Counted from the first letter of the stretch, positions 19,101 through 27,878 are shown. The stretch: 33,107 nucleotides of DNA from Candidatus Woesearchaeota archaeon (GCA_016192955.1 JACPTD010000037.1:1-33107), one strand, 5' to 3'. The notes: generated by a model not told the origin, from the letters alone. Numbers and translations are program-made.

Positions 19101-19770
19101 CTGGGACTTCTTTCACAATACCGACAACTTCAACTTTGCTTCCAGGAGATGTTCTTTTCTCACTTAGCGGGCTTACCAAATCATCAGTCAACAAAACATT
19201 AATGCGCTTTGGCTGCTCACCCCCCTCTAGATTTTCAGATGCCTCTTCAAGCACAATTCCCTGGGCATCAACCAAATCCTTGTCAAGCATCACAAATTTT
19301 CCCTTTCTGCCGCAGCCGCATCTTGTCGGCTCTTTGAAAGTGCCTTCCAATTGCAGGACATTCATTATGTTGCCGCACATCGGGCACTCAAATCGCGCAG
19401 AGGTGACCTGAGGCCTGACATCGGATTTCTGCCTTATCAGCCCTTCAACAAAAAGAAGCCTGTTTATGTGCTTGCTTCTTATATCCCTTATCACAATATG
19501 CTGTGTCTGCGGGAGATTGCAAAACCTAATCCTGAAATTTGCCAAGCCATCAACATCAAACTGCTCAATGGCTTTCTCAATAGCCTTTATGGTTTCCTCA
19601 GGCGAATCCAGAAGCTCTGTGGCCAAATCAGGATCGTACTTTGAAAGCTCTGAGAAGTCTATAAGCAGAAATTTACTGCCTTTCCTTGCGTTTTCCAGCA
19701 AAGAATTATAGTAATTGCTGTCTATGAAATCCTGAAACCTCTTTATCTGCTCTATTACGCTAGTTTCCAT
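16156..19770 (-). CDS. mcm: MCM replicative helicase precursor with one intein (spliced product 673 aa)
   Basis: Zn motif CPMC..CGC, Walker A GDPGSGKS, Walker B VCVDELDKM, AAANP, arginine finger NRFD, sensor 2 ARQLEAL. ATG19770 has a GAGGGT RBS. Confidence 0.97.
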   Translation of the reverse strand: METSVIEQIKRFQDFIDSNYYNSLLENARKGSKFLLIDFSELSKYDPDLATELLDSPEETIKAIEKAIEQFDVDGLANFRIRFCNLPQTQHIVIRDIRSKHINRLLFVEGLIRQKSDVRPQVTSARFECPMCGNIMNVLQLEGTFKEPTRCGCGRKGKFVMLDKDLVDAQGIVLEEASENLEGGEQPKRINVLLTDDLVSPLSEKRTSPGSKVEVVGIVKEVPVISRSGAKSTRFDLMIEANYIKPTEDTFYEVSITEEEEKEILEIANDPKGYEKLVNSMAPSIYGYEKIKEALLLQLMGGVRKVRMDKIVSRGDMHILLCGDPGSGKSALLKRITQIAPKGRYVSGKGVSAAGITAAVVRDEFLRGWALEAGAMVLSSDGLVCVDELDKMSSEDRAAMHEALENQSYHPSTDIMLADGSVFKIGDFVDELIESNRDTLILGKDCEILKVDGVELLTTDFEKIFPIKAAMVSRHKAPENFIKITYSNGRSITVTPEHPVFVFYDGRIQEMPAESVKTGLLAPAPRKLPTKNEQITLSDAELTHFNNKNINFPRHLNNDFARLLGYITTEGHAYHSQKNRYAEVGVSNTDHLILDDVSSLFRRTFNSTINTNVQLAHRRLRAKKDLTTVRLCSVPFYNYMLSNFNGSVNGARNKYVDNVLRCADKELQLEFLKAAFKGDGFVDSTRFGYSTSSFELAKGFQDLLLQNDTLSKIDMERRNDKAYYKVTVTGTESFKFFIEWVVESDDKRLPKLAKFYELSKGRKNERDVLPRGVLMDVNSLLKSFRLSDGYFYSNIKRGFNAHKQIVINYLRNIEEKIDRCLGLINSGDSRKIRRMLNIEVSILAKSLGVAAGTVYNIEKRASSERYLHLLGLVKKVGKEKISNARAKMSGILKLIYSDIRFVYVKKVEKINNDNVKWVYDVTVEPTRTFISEGLVLHNTVSISKANIQATLIARTTVLAAANPKFGRFDPYGIIADQIDLPPTLINRFDLIFPIKDLPEEARDEKMAKHILTLHQSPDVQEPEISTDILRKYIAYARQKVSPKLTDGALEEIKEFYLRMRKSGGGEGSIRTIPISARQLEALVRLSEASARARLDDRVTRKDAKKAIELLDYCLMQVGFDKETGKIDIDRIATGVGASQRSHILVLKDIITELESKLGKTIPIEDVVAEAKNRGLDEDNVEEALERLKRSGDIFEPRRGFVSRI
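16957..18549 (-). mobile_element. Intein (531 aa) with LAGLIDADG endonuclease and HTH insert
   Basis: HEALENQ|SYHPSTDI...VTPEHP (block B)...LLGYITTEG...FLKAAFKGDG...VYDVTV..FISEGLVLHN|TVSISKA. Confidence 0.95.
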
Positions 19771-19791
19771 AATACCCTCTTGTTTTCTATG

Positions 19792-19822
19792 CTTAAATAG
19801 TTTGCCCAAAGATGTCCAGTGG
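19792..19822 (-). promoter_or_regulatory. MCM promoter: TATTTAAG (19792-19799) with upstream CCACTGGACATC (19811-19822)
   Basis: TATA-like box 21 nt upstream of the start codon. The 12-mer is identical to 1904-1915. Confidence 0.55.
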
Positions 19823-19897
19823 CAAATACCAAAAATTATAGAGAATTTTGAGCATATATAAAATTGTCAAAGTCCTCTACAGCGAACAAAATAAAAA

Positions 19898-20452
19898 TCA
19901 AGCCTTGACCTTTTTTAAATTCTCAATCAGCTTGTCAAGCGCTGCATGAACCTCTTTCTCGCTTTTTGTTCCTGTGCAGACAACCTTGCCGTTGCTGAAC
20001 AGCAAAAAGGTCGCTTTTGCAGCAGCAAGCTTATAAACCAAGCCTGGAAACTGCTCTGGCTCGTATTCTGTGTTTTCAAGCTTCATAGCCAAAGTATTAA
20101 GATTCAAGTCCATGCCAACACTTCCAGAAGCCACTATATTCTGGATTTTAATCTCCGGCTTTATTGTTATCTTTACATTAATCTTCTCCAAGCTCTTGAT
20201 TATCTTCTTTATGCTCTCTTCAACCTTATCCATAGACCTGGCTCCTGTGCAGACAACCTTGCCGGAGCTGAATATCAAAGCAGATGTCTTAGGCTCTTTA
20301 ATCCTTATCACAAGCCCTGGAAACTGCTCAGGATTGTATTCCGTATTGCTTAAAGTTGCTGCCATCTTTTCAAGAGGTATATCATGCTTTAATGATGTGC
20401 TAACAACAATATTGACCACTTTTATGTCTCTCTTGGTTTCTTTTTTGACCAT
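19898..20452 (-). CDS. tbp: TATA-box binding protein
   Basis: Two repeats NIV.S...EYNPEQFPGLV...LIFSSGKVVCTG and EYEPEQFPGLV...LLFSNGKVVCTG. Confidence 0.98.
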   Translation of the reverse strand: MVKKETKRDIKVVNIVVSTSLKHDIPLEKMAATLSNTEYNPEQFPGLVIRIKEPKTSALIFSSGKVVCTGARSMDKVEESIKKIIKSLEKINVKITIKPEIKIQNIVASGSVGMDLNLNTLAMKLENTEYEPEQFPGLVYKLAAAKATFLLFSNGKVVCTGTKSEKEVHAALDKLIENLKKVKA

Positions 20453-20639
20453 ATCAGATTACACCCCCAAAAAACATTTATTTTGATTGACTAAGCCCTA
20501 AAACACCCCCAAACAGCTATTTAGGCTAAAATCAACCTTATTTTGCTATTTTATTTATAAATGCATATAAACCCATTTTATTTATAAATACTTTTGTTTT
20601 TAAATAGGATTATCTGAACCTAAATCTTGGAGAAAATAT

Positions 20640-20661
20640 ACCTCCTTTGTTTCGTGTGGAA
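20640..20661 (-). promoter_or_regulatory. Isolated ORB-like element
   Basis: TTCCACACGAAACAAAGGAGGT resembles the ORBs upstream of cdc6. Confidence 0.4.
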
Positions 20662-20686
20662 ATCCAGTTTTGCTGATTGTTTATTT

Positions 20687-20729
20687 TAACCCTGCTAAAA
20701 ATACAAATATTTAAATATTAGCAGGGTTA
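20687..20729. promoter_or_regulatory. 12-bp inverted repeat (putative operator) straddling the TATA box of the ATPase gene
   Basis: TAACCCTGCTAA (20687-20698) and TTAGCAGGGTTA (20718-20729), with TTTAAATA at 20710-20717 between them. Confidence 0.7.
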
Positions 20730-20739
20730 TTATTATGCT

Positions 20740-21975
20740 ATGCTATACATTAAAAGAGACATTGAAGATGAGATTAACAAATATCTTAATGCAAGGGAGA
20801 TATTAGCGGTAGTAGGTTCTAGGCAATGCGGCAAAACAACCCTTGTAGAGAATATTTTTGAAAGTCTTAAAAGAAAAGGCAAGAATATAAGCAAAGTAAG
20901 CTTTGACAGCGTGAAAGAGCTCAATCTTTTTGAAAATGACATTGATTCTTTTATTGAGATTTATGTCAAGGGATGTGATTTCTTATTTATTGATGAAATC
21001 CAATACTCGAAAGACAGCGGCAAAAAACTAAAGTATATATATGATAATTTCAACATAAAAATATTTATTTCTGGATCTTCAGCAGCAGAGCTTGCAATAC
21101 AAAGCTTGAAGCATTTAGTTGGAAGAATTTTTGTTTTTACTCTTTACCCTTTCTCTTTTAAAGAGTTTCTGAGAGTGAGAAATCAAAAGCTATTGCCCCT
21201 TTACATTTCAGGAAAGTATAAGAAAGAGGTAGCATCAGAATTAAATAAATACCTCAAAGAATTTATGCTCTACGGCGGATATCCAAGAGTAGCGCTTGCA
21301 AAGAATGAAGAAGAAAAACAGACAATACTAAAAAACATCTATAACACTTATTTACTGAAAGAAATCAGGGAGATACTGGCTTTAAGTGGCGATTATAAGC
21401 TTATTAACCTAATCAAATCGCTTTCACTGCAGATAGGAGGTATTATTAACTATAATGAACTTTCAACAATCACCGGATACCCTTATAAAGAGTTAAAAAA
21501 TTCCCTTAATATTCTTGAGAAGACATTTATATGCAGTCAGATAAAGACCTTCCATACTAATAAAAGGACAGAACTTGTGAAGAGCCCCAAGATATATTTT
21601 TATGACTTAGGCTTTAGAAACATAAGTTTTGATAACTTCAGCAGTGAAAGGGCGGACATGGGCAGAATGTACGAGAACTTTATTTTTTCAGAATTTGTTA
21701 AAAACGATTTTTTGCCAAAATATTGGCATACTAAATCAGGAGCGGAAATTGACTTTATTCTAGAAAAATCAAATAAGATTATCCCTATTGAAGTGAAATC
21801 AACCCTGTCAAAAGAAACATTAACTAAATCATTCTACGCCTTTGTAGAGAAATACAAACCTAAAGGAGGTTATATAGCTTCATTAGACTTTGAGGGTAAA
21901 AAGAGAATTAATGGGTGCGATATTATATTTACCCCCTTACTGAAACTTATTAATCATTTAAAATCAGAGGCTTAG
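20740..21975 (+). CDS. AAA+ ATPase, AAA_14 plus DUF4143 family
   Basis: GSRQCGKTT, FIDEIQ, SGSS, YGGYP, KSPKIYFYDLG, and a C-terminal nuclease-like motif EIDF...PIEVKS. Confidence 0.92.
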   Translation: MLYIKRDIEDEINKYLNAREILAVVGSRQCGKTTLVENIFESLKRKGKNISKVSFDSVKELNLFENDIDSFIEIYVKGCDFLFIDEIQYSKDSGKKLKYIYDNFNIKIFISGSSAAELAIQSLKHLVGRIFVFTLYPFSFKEFLRVRNQKLLPLYISGKYKKEVASELNKYLKEFMLYGGYPRVALAKNEEEKQTILKNIYNTYLLKEIREILALSGDYKLINLIKSLSLQIGGIINYNELSTITGYPYKELKNSLNILEKTFICSQIKTFHTNKRTELVKSPKIYFYDLGFRNISFDNFSSERADMGRMYENFIFSEFVKNDFLPKYWHTKSGAEIDFILEKSNKIIPIEVKSTLSKETLTKSFYAFVEKYKPKGGYIASLDFEGKKRINGCDIIFTPLLKLINHLKSEA

Positions 21976-21982
21976 AAAGAGC

Positions 21983-22397
21983 ATGATCAGCGATATTGTA
22001 ATCCCAAAAAACAACGAAGCTGAATTCATCGAGATAGCAGCAAAACTCGGCATAAAAAAGCTTTATTTTCTTTACGAGTTTGACGAATATAACAAGGAAA
22101 AAACTGAAAAAAAGCTCTCAAAGAGAATCCGGATTAAACCATATCATATGCGGAATAGCAAGCAAGAATGATGTTGCTGTCGGATTTTCTTATAGCTCGC
22201 TGTTAAATAAAAATCCCGTAGATTCCTCGCAATTGATTGGAAGAATGATTCAAAATATAAGATTGTGCCAAAAATATAAAGTTAAAACAGTAATCGGCTC
22301 TTTTTCGGAAAGGCCTTTTGAAATGAGGGCAAGGCACGATATAACAAGCTTGTTCACAATGCTCGGGGCAGGCACAAGCATAGAAAAGAATCTCTGA
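21983..22397 (+). pseudogene. RNase P subunit Rpp30-like gene, split by an apparent internal deletion and frameshift
   Basis: The N-terminal frame MISDIVIPKNNEAEFIEIAAKLG switches near 22118 to a frame with SGLNHIIC..A.KNDVAVGF...NIRLCQKYKV...S....FEMR..D. Confidence 0.7.
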
Positions 22398-22409
22398 CAT
22401 TTAATGCTC

Positions 22410-23483
22410 TTAAAAATTAACCTTAACTCCATTTTCTTTTAACCAAACGCATACAATCCCGATTAAATAACAAAAAATCAGCATAAAAACTATCACAAAA
22501 AAGAGAGCATATAGGCTGTACAAAACTGAATTTTTCAATAACAGCAGCAAATTGTAGCCAACAATCGTATGAAAAATAAAAATCCAAAGCACCCCCTTGC
22601 TAAAAGAACTGATTATTCCATATTTTCTGAATTTTTTTATACCTGAAAAACCAGCGTTAACCAGCGTTATAACAAGCAATGCGAGGCCAAAGCCGCCGAT
22701 TATAGTGAGAGTTGAAGGCTGGAAAATATTTGGACCCCAGAAATTTGTTTGGTCAATATCAACAAAAACTTTATTGTTTAAAACTGCCAAGCCCAAAAAA
22801 AACATTCCAACCAAAAAGAACAGCGCATGCATATGCAGCAGCTTATTTTTGGATCTAAAATACAGGTAATAATTCCCAATCAAGAACCCAAACACGAATA
22901 TGGAGAACCATGGAAAGAATGGCCAGAAATGATCGCCGCTTTGGTTTCCAAAAAGCATTATCATCCAGTATCTGCTTTGATAGTTGCCTAAAATTTCGCG
23001 CAAATATGGAGCCAAAATAAGATTCAGGGCACCAATAACAGCTAACATCAATATTGAGCCCCACCTAATTATTACCACTGCCACGACAAAGCACAACGCT
23101 AAAAACTGCAAAACATCCCAAGCAAACACATCCTCGACGCCAAAAGCCAGATAATTCAGTAAATAACCCAATGATGCTAATATGAAAGCTCTGACAATAA
23201 TGCGCTTATGATATATAGATTTAACTGCTGTTCTCTTATTATCGTCTAAAACCGGCATTAGGTAAAACCTGAGCGAAGCCCCTGCAGCAGCCGGCACTAA
23301 AGCGGTAAAGACTATGATAGAATTCAAAAAAACAAAAAAAAAGTTTTTATTGAAAAACGGATTATCGGTTCCATAGTCTAAATCTATGAACCACCATACA
23401 ACAATATGCTCTATAACTATCAATATAATCCCAACTGCTTTGATGATGTCAAGAGTCAGCCATCTGCCATCAAACTTTTTCAT
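22410..23483 (-). CDS. DUF1624/HGSNAT-like transmembrane acyltransferase
   Basis: RWLTLDIIKAVGIILIVIEH N-terminal motif, WDVLQFLA, WPFFPWF. Multiple TM helices. Confidence 0.75.
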   Translation of the reverse strand: MKKFDGRWLTLDIIKAVGIILIVIEHIVVWWFIDLDYGTDNPFFNKNFFFVFLNSIIVFTALVPAAAGASLRFYLMPVLDDNKRTAVKSIYHKRIIVRAFILASLGYLLNYLAFGVEDVFAWDVLQFLALCFVVAVVIIRWGSILMLAVIGALNLILAPYLREILGNYQSRYWMIMLFGNQSGDHFWPFFPWFSIFVFGFLIGNYYLYFRSKNKLLHMHALFFLVGMFFLGLAVLNNKVFVDIDQTNFWGPNIFQPSTLTIIGGFGLALLVITLVNAGFSGIKKFRKYGIISSFSKGVLWIFIFHTIVGYNLLLLLKNSVLYSLYALFFVIVFMLIFCYLIGIVCVWLKENGVKVNF

Positions 23484-23525
23484 AGTTTCTAATGCCACAC
23501 CCAATAATTACCCCAATCTACGATG

Positions 23526-25121
23526 TTACCTGTCAGCAACGCCCTTGAAATAATAATTGTTCTGCATATACACATGCACTATCGGATTTTCATCAGTTGA
23601 AATCTGTATAGTATTGTTATTAAAGTAATTTTGCAGAAACTTTGGAAATCTGAACAAAAATTCATTGTCTGATGCGGAATACCAAACACCTTCAATATGC
23701 TTATTCCTTGCTATTCTGGGATCAAGGCTTTTGCCTGAGATGATATAGCCGATTGAGCCGCTTGCAGAGCCAGGGAACAAATAAGGAAATGTCTGCGGCA
23801 TTGATGATTTCATGGTCTTGTAAATCGAGGTGAAGCCCTCAAGAAAATAATACGGCGAGTCAGCCTGAGTGACAACTAAGCCGTTTTTTCTCAGAACTCT
23901 TCTGATTTCATCATAAAACTCTTTTGTGTAAAGCGGCGCAACTTCCAGTTTTTTAGGGTCGGGAAGGTCAAGCACAATTATATCGTAAGACTCGTCTGGA
24001 GCCTGTTTAATGAATATTCTTCCGTCCATAATTGCTTTATTAACCCTTTTGTCATCCAATGAGCCCCTATGGACATTCTTTAAGTATTTCTTAGATATCT
24101 CTATAACTTGTTTATCCAGCTCAACATGATCAATTCTTGTAAAATTGAACTTTAGCAACTGGTATAATGCGCCGCCATCTCCGCCACCAATCACCAAAGC
24201 GCTTTCCGGGTTTGGATGTGCAGCTATGGCAGGCAATACAAGGTATTCGTGGTACCTTATTGATTCCTTGTCCGATATCTGTATTTTGCCGTCCAGAAGC
24301 AGCTGATACCCGTAATAAGGTGATTTAAGGATAAGGATGTGCTGAAACGGGCTTATAACAGAAGAAACAGTTTCCGTATAGTAAGTTTCATGGAACAAAG
24401 AGCCAACCGAGTAAAAAGAGTCCAAAAAATTGAGTTTTAATTCATTAAACAAAGGCTGTGAAGCAAATAAAAAAATAAAGCCAGCAGAAAAAATTGCAGA
24501 TATTAGCAATAAAAATATCAGATTTCCTTTTTTGCCTATTCTTGCAGCCAGCCCAAATGTAACTAGGTTTAGAAAACCGCCAAAATACATTGCGCCATGA
24601 AATCCAAGAGCAGGTATAAAAAGAATGCCTGAAAATAAAGCCCCTACAACCCCTCCAAGTGTGTCAGCAAAATAAACAAAGCCGGTTGCACTTTTGCTTC
24701 CAAGCTGCTCGAGTATTTTTACAGCTATTGGGATTTCCATGCCCATCAATGTTGTAGGAACAGTCAATGAGCCGATTATTATCCAAAAAATATGATTGAC
24801 AGATATGCCTGATGATGCAATCTCTGCTATAATGCCAAGGAAAAAGAAGCCAAACAGCGCAACCAAAAGCTCAATCAGCATGAGGACTTTTATAAAAGAT
24901 AGCTTCATTTTAACAATATGGCCGCCGAGCAAAGCGCCAACAGCAAGCCCAAACAAAAATGACGCCAGGACAATTGATGCGGAGATTTCTGTTGCTCCAA
25001 CAATTGTTACAACAACAGAGAGCAAGACAACCTCGTAAAGCAGGCTTGCAAGCCCTGTGGAAAACATTGTAAGAAAAACAATGATGCTGTCGCTGTCAAA
25101 ATAACTTAATTTGTTCATCAA
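23526..25121 (-). CDS. speE: Polyamine aminopropyltransferase (spermidine synthase) with N-terminal membrane domain
   Basis: TM region (GLASLLYEV, TLMGMEIP, YFADTLGG) followed by LDGKIQ, YHE, LVIGGGDGG, VELD and YDIIVLDLPDP. Confidence 0.9.
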   Translation of the reverse strand: MMNKLSYFDSDSIIVFLTMFSTGLASLLYEVVLLSVVVTIVGATEISASIVLASFLFGLAVGALLGGHIVKMKLSFIKVLMLIELLVALFGFFFLGIIAEIASSGISVNHIFWIIIGSLTVPTTLMGMEIPIAVKILEQLGSKSATGFVYFADTLGGVVGALFSGILFIPALGFHGAMYFGGFLNLVTFGLAARIGKKGNLIFLLLISAIFSAGFIFLFASQPLFNELKLNFLDSFYSVGSLFHETYYTETVSSVISPFQHILILKSPYYGYQLLLDGKIQISDKESIRYHEYLVLPAIAAHPNPESALVIGGGDGGALYQLLKFNFTRIDHVELDKQVIEISKKYLKNVHRGSLDDKRVNKAIMDGRIFIKQAPDESYDIIVLDLPDPKKLEVAPLYTKEFYDEIRRVLRKNGLVVTQADSPYYFLEGFTSIYKTMKSSMPQTFPYLFPGSASGSIGYIISGKSLDPRIARNKHIEGVWYSASDNEFLFRFPKFLQNYFNNNTIQISTDENPIVHVYMQNNYYFKGVADR

Positions 25122-25453
25122 TAATCCGCCTTATTAATCCTCTTTACCTTCCCGCTAAACTCCTTTGAAAGAATATCAGCCAAAAGTCTTTCATTTATCT
25201 CCTTGTTGCATGTGAAAATATCAAAAAAAACCTTGCACTCTTCAGGCCATGTATGTATGATAAAATGCGATTGGGAGAGAATAAAGCAGTATGTAATCCC
25301 TTCAGGAGCCTCAAATATATGGCATTTTTCTCCAACTACCTTTAAGCCCATAACCCTGCACACTTTCAAAACAGAATTTTTTATCATATGCGCAGACTTC
25401 AGAAATTCCTGCGAGTCAGTCTCAAGGTACCCCACAAGATGCCACATTTTCAT
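25118..25453 (-). CDS. speD: S-adenosylmethionine decarboxylase proenzyme (class 1b-like)
   Basis: H.F..PEGIT...LSQSHFIIHTWPE...DIFTC. The stop overlaps the speE start. Confidence 0.85.
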   Translation of the reverse strand: MKMWHLVGYLETDSQEFLKSAHMIKNSVLKVCRVMGLKVVGEKCHIFEAPEGITYCFILSQSHFIIHTWPEECKVFFDIFTCNKEINERLLADILSKEFSGKVKRINKADY

Positions 25454-25628
25454 AGAAGCAGCAATTAAAGACAAGTTATTAAACTTTATTATAGAGAATT
25501 TTGAAATATATCAATTTTGTCAAAATTCTCTGTAAGCAATAAATTATGCAACAAACATCATTAGTGGAAACTTTTAAATACTAATATCGAATGAGTGTAA
25601 AGAAGCGTTATAAAAAGAGGTGCCTTAT

Positions 25629-27878
25629 ATGTTAAATCTGGTCAAGTTTCTAAAAATTATGCCCTTATTGTTGATAATCCCCGCTTTGCTCCCGACTTTT
25701 ATCTATGCAGAATCAACTCCTCCACCTCCTCCGCCGCCATGCCCGATACAGAGCGCAGGATGCTATAAAACAGGCGACATAAAAGCAGGCTTTGGCGAAT
25801 TGACCACAGCAGAGTTTGGGCATTTCCTTACTGAAAACAAATGCAAAAAAACCGATCAGTGTGATTGCAGAGGCGTTCCTGATAATGTGCCTCAGGAAGC
25901 TAACCCAGACGATTCAAGCGGGGCGTGCAACTGCATTTCTGGAACTGACTGGAATGCGCGTGGCAGGTGCTGCGGGGATGACGCTGATGATTGCGGCAAA
26001 ATAAGCTCTGGGGTTTTATGCAGCATAGATGCAAATGCAGAAACAGCACAATGGCTTCCTTCAACACCAAATCTTGGCGATATGAGGTATGTTGGCTGCT
26101 CAAGGCTTGAGTACATATCAGATGGAAACGACTGGCTCAAGTGCGATGGCGTGTTTTGGAAAAGGACAATAAGCAGCAGCGAGTACATTTGCATTGGAAG
26201 AGGCAGGGAGTCAATTGTCGAATGCTGCGGAGACAGCTCATGGAAGTCAAGGGTTGACGGCAAAAGGCTTTCAACAGGCCAGTCTGTAACGCCTTCAAGC
26301 CATAGCGGGAATCTAACAATCGCGGATGACAGGACTTATTACTGCAGGTCAGACGGAAAATTTGTCACGGACTTGGACACGCCAAATTCCCGGACAAGCG
26401 ACACTATGCTTAACAACAAAAATAAAAAAACATGCGAAATGGCAGGCTTAAAGTGGACTGGCACAAAATGCTGCAGCGAAGCAGATGATGCAGATGAATA
26501 TTATAACGACCCTGGCGATATTGGGGGCTGCTGGAATAAAAATCTGGTTGTCAGCGTTGATTTTGTCAACGGCACAAATGAAGCTGTTGTGAACTATGAA
26601 GGGGAATTTCATGGGTGCGCGCTTGAGCAGTCAGCAGGCATATCAAGCATACTTGACAGGCACACAGGAGCCACTTTAGTAACAAGCCATCCGCCCTGCT
26701 TCAACGACCCTGAAAACAATTATTACTGCTCGCCTTCCGGAAAATGGCTGCCTACTGACGGCGCTAACAGGTCGCATTCAAGCTCAACGCCACTGGCAAA
26801 CGCAAGCCGGCAATCTGAATGCTGCGCGCCAAATGAATGCTGGGATGGGCAAATGTGCGTGGAAAACCAAAGAGACAACCCATTAGCGCAGCCAACAAAC
26901 AGCAGAAGATGCATTGATGGAGCATGGGAGCAAGCTGAAATCAGGACAAGCGTTGATGGCAGCGCATCCGGCTATTGCCCGGAAAGGATGCAATGCCTTG
27001 TCAATGTCTTCGAAGGCAATGAAACCAGCCAGTGCATCAACAATGGGCAGTATGTTGAAGACAATTTATGCGAGAATGGCCAATGGTCGTCAAGGACAAA
27101 ACTATTGGCTTTGAAATTATTAAAGATGAAAAGCGGGGATTTCACGCTTTTCTGCGATAAAAAGGAGAATACGCTGAACAATCTCCAATACCTCACAGGC
27201 TCAAACGACATAGTTGCAAATGTACTTTCAGATCTGGAAACAAATAATTTCTGCGTTTTAAAGAACGGCAACAGGGTCATTGCAGCCACATCAATAAACA
27301 AAGACCTTGATGATATTCCTGACAACAGCTTAGCCATATTGGGAGTCACAAGCTGCGATAATGCGCTCATTGACGATGGGCAATACCATTCATGCGATTC
27401 AACAAACAAGGCATGGTTCAATAAACAGCTTAAAAGCTTTATCTACAGCGCAGCTGCAATAACAGTGCCACCAGAGCAAAACCAGCTTAACTCATTTGAA
27501 GAGCTTATCTTAAACCCAATAAGAAACATTGTCAACTCTATAAGGAGGCTGATAACAACACCTCCATTTGACGCCTCTTATGTAAGCGGCATCAGGAAAT
27601 TTGACAAGTTATACCTTGAGCAGCGCGGAAGCAGGTCAATCGGCGGCTCAATAGAGGGAAAAGAGCTGAAAAATGCGGTGATAGAATACAAAAACTTTGA
27701 CATAGACATATGCAAGTTTGTCGATGCATTCAATGAGGCAAGAAGAGACTCCTTATCCGGCATTTCATGCAAGAAAGAGGGCAATAATTACTATGTTCTG
27801 GCGCAGGGAAGCAGATTGTCAAATCTCAATCCAGAAGCAATTTGGCAGGATTTAACTTCAAAATTAAGGGTAAAATGA
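25629..27878 (+). CDS. Large Cys-rich secreted/surface protein
   Basis: GAGGTG RBS, signal peptide, Pro7 linker, repeated W..x.CC(G/S)(D/E) modules. Confidence 0.85.
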   Translation: MLNLVKFLKIMPLLLIIPALLPTFIYAESTPPPPPPPCPIQSAGCYKTGDIKAGFGELTTAEFGHFLTENKCKKTDQCDCRGVPDNVPQEANPDDSSGACNCISGTDWNARGRCCGDDADDCGKISSGVLCSIDANAETAQWLPSTPNLGDMRYVGCSRLEYISDGNDWLKCDGVFWKRTISSSEYICIGRGRESIVECCGDSSWKSRVDGKRLSTGQSVTPSSHSGNLTIADDRTYYCRSDGKFVTDLDTPNSRTSDTMLNNKNKKTCEMAGLKWTGTKCCSEADDADEYYNDPGDIGGCWNKNLVVSVDFVNGTNEAVVNYEGEFHGCALEQSAGISSILDRHTGATLVTSHPPCFNDPENNYYCSPSGKWLPTDGANRSHSSSTPLANASRQSECCAPNECWDGQMCVENQRDNPLAQPTNSRRCIDGAWEQAEIRTSVDGSASGYCPERMQCLVNVFEGNETSQCINNGQYVEDNLCENGQWSSRTKLLALKLLKMKSGDFTLFCDKKENTLNNLQYLTGSNDIVANVLSDLETNNFCVLKNGNRVIAATSINKDLDDIPDNSLAILGVTSCDNALIDDGQYHSCDSTNKAWFNKQLKSFIYSAAAITVPPEQNQLNSFEELILNPIRNIVNSIRRLITTPPFDASYVSGIRKFDKLYLEQRGSRSIGGSIEGKELKNAVIEYKNFDIDICKFVDAFNEARRDSLSGISCKKEGNNYYVLAQGSRLSNLNPEAIWQDLTSKLRVK

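Noticed and set aside
3554..20486. Many 60-140 aa ORFs overlapping transketolase, trmB, cdc6, PolD, MCM and TBP
   Set aside because: Shadow ORFs lying within well-conserved genes, with no motifs.
22106..22114. A-AAA-AAG slippery site rescuing Rpp30
   Set aside because: That motif promotes -1 shifts, whereas +1 is needed, and the product would still lack the middle.
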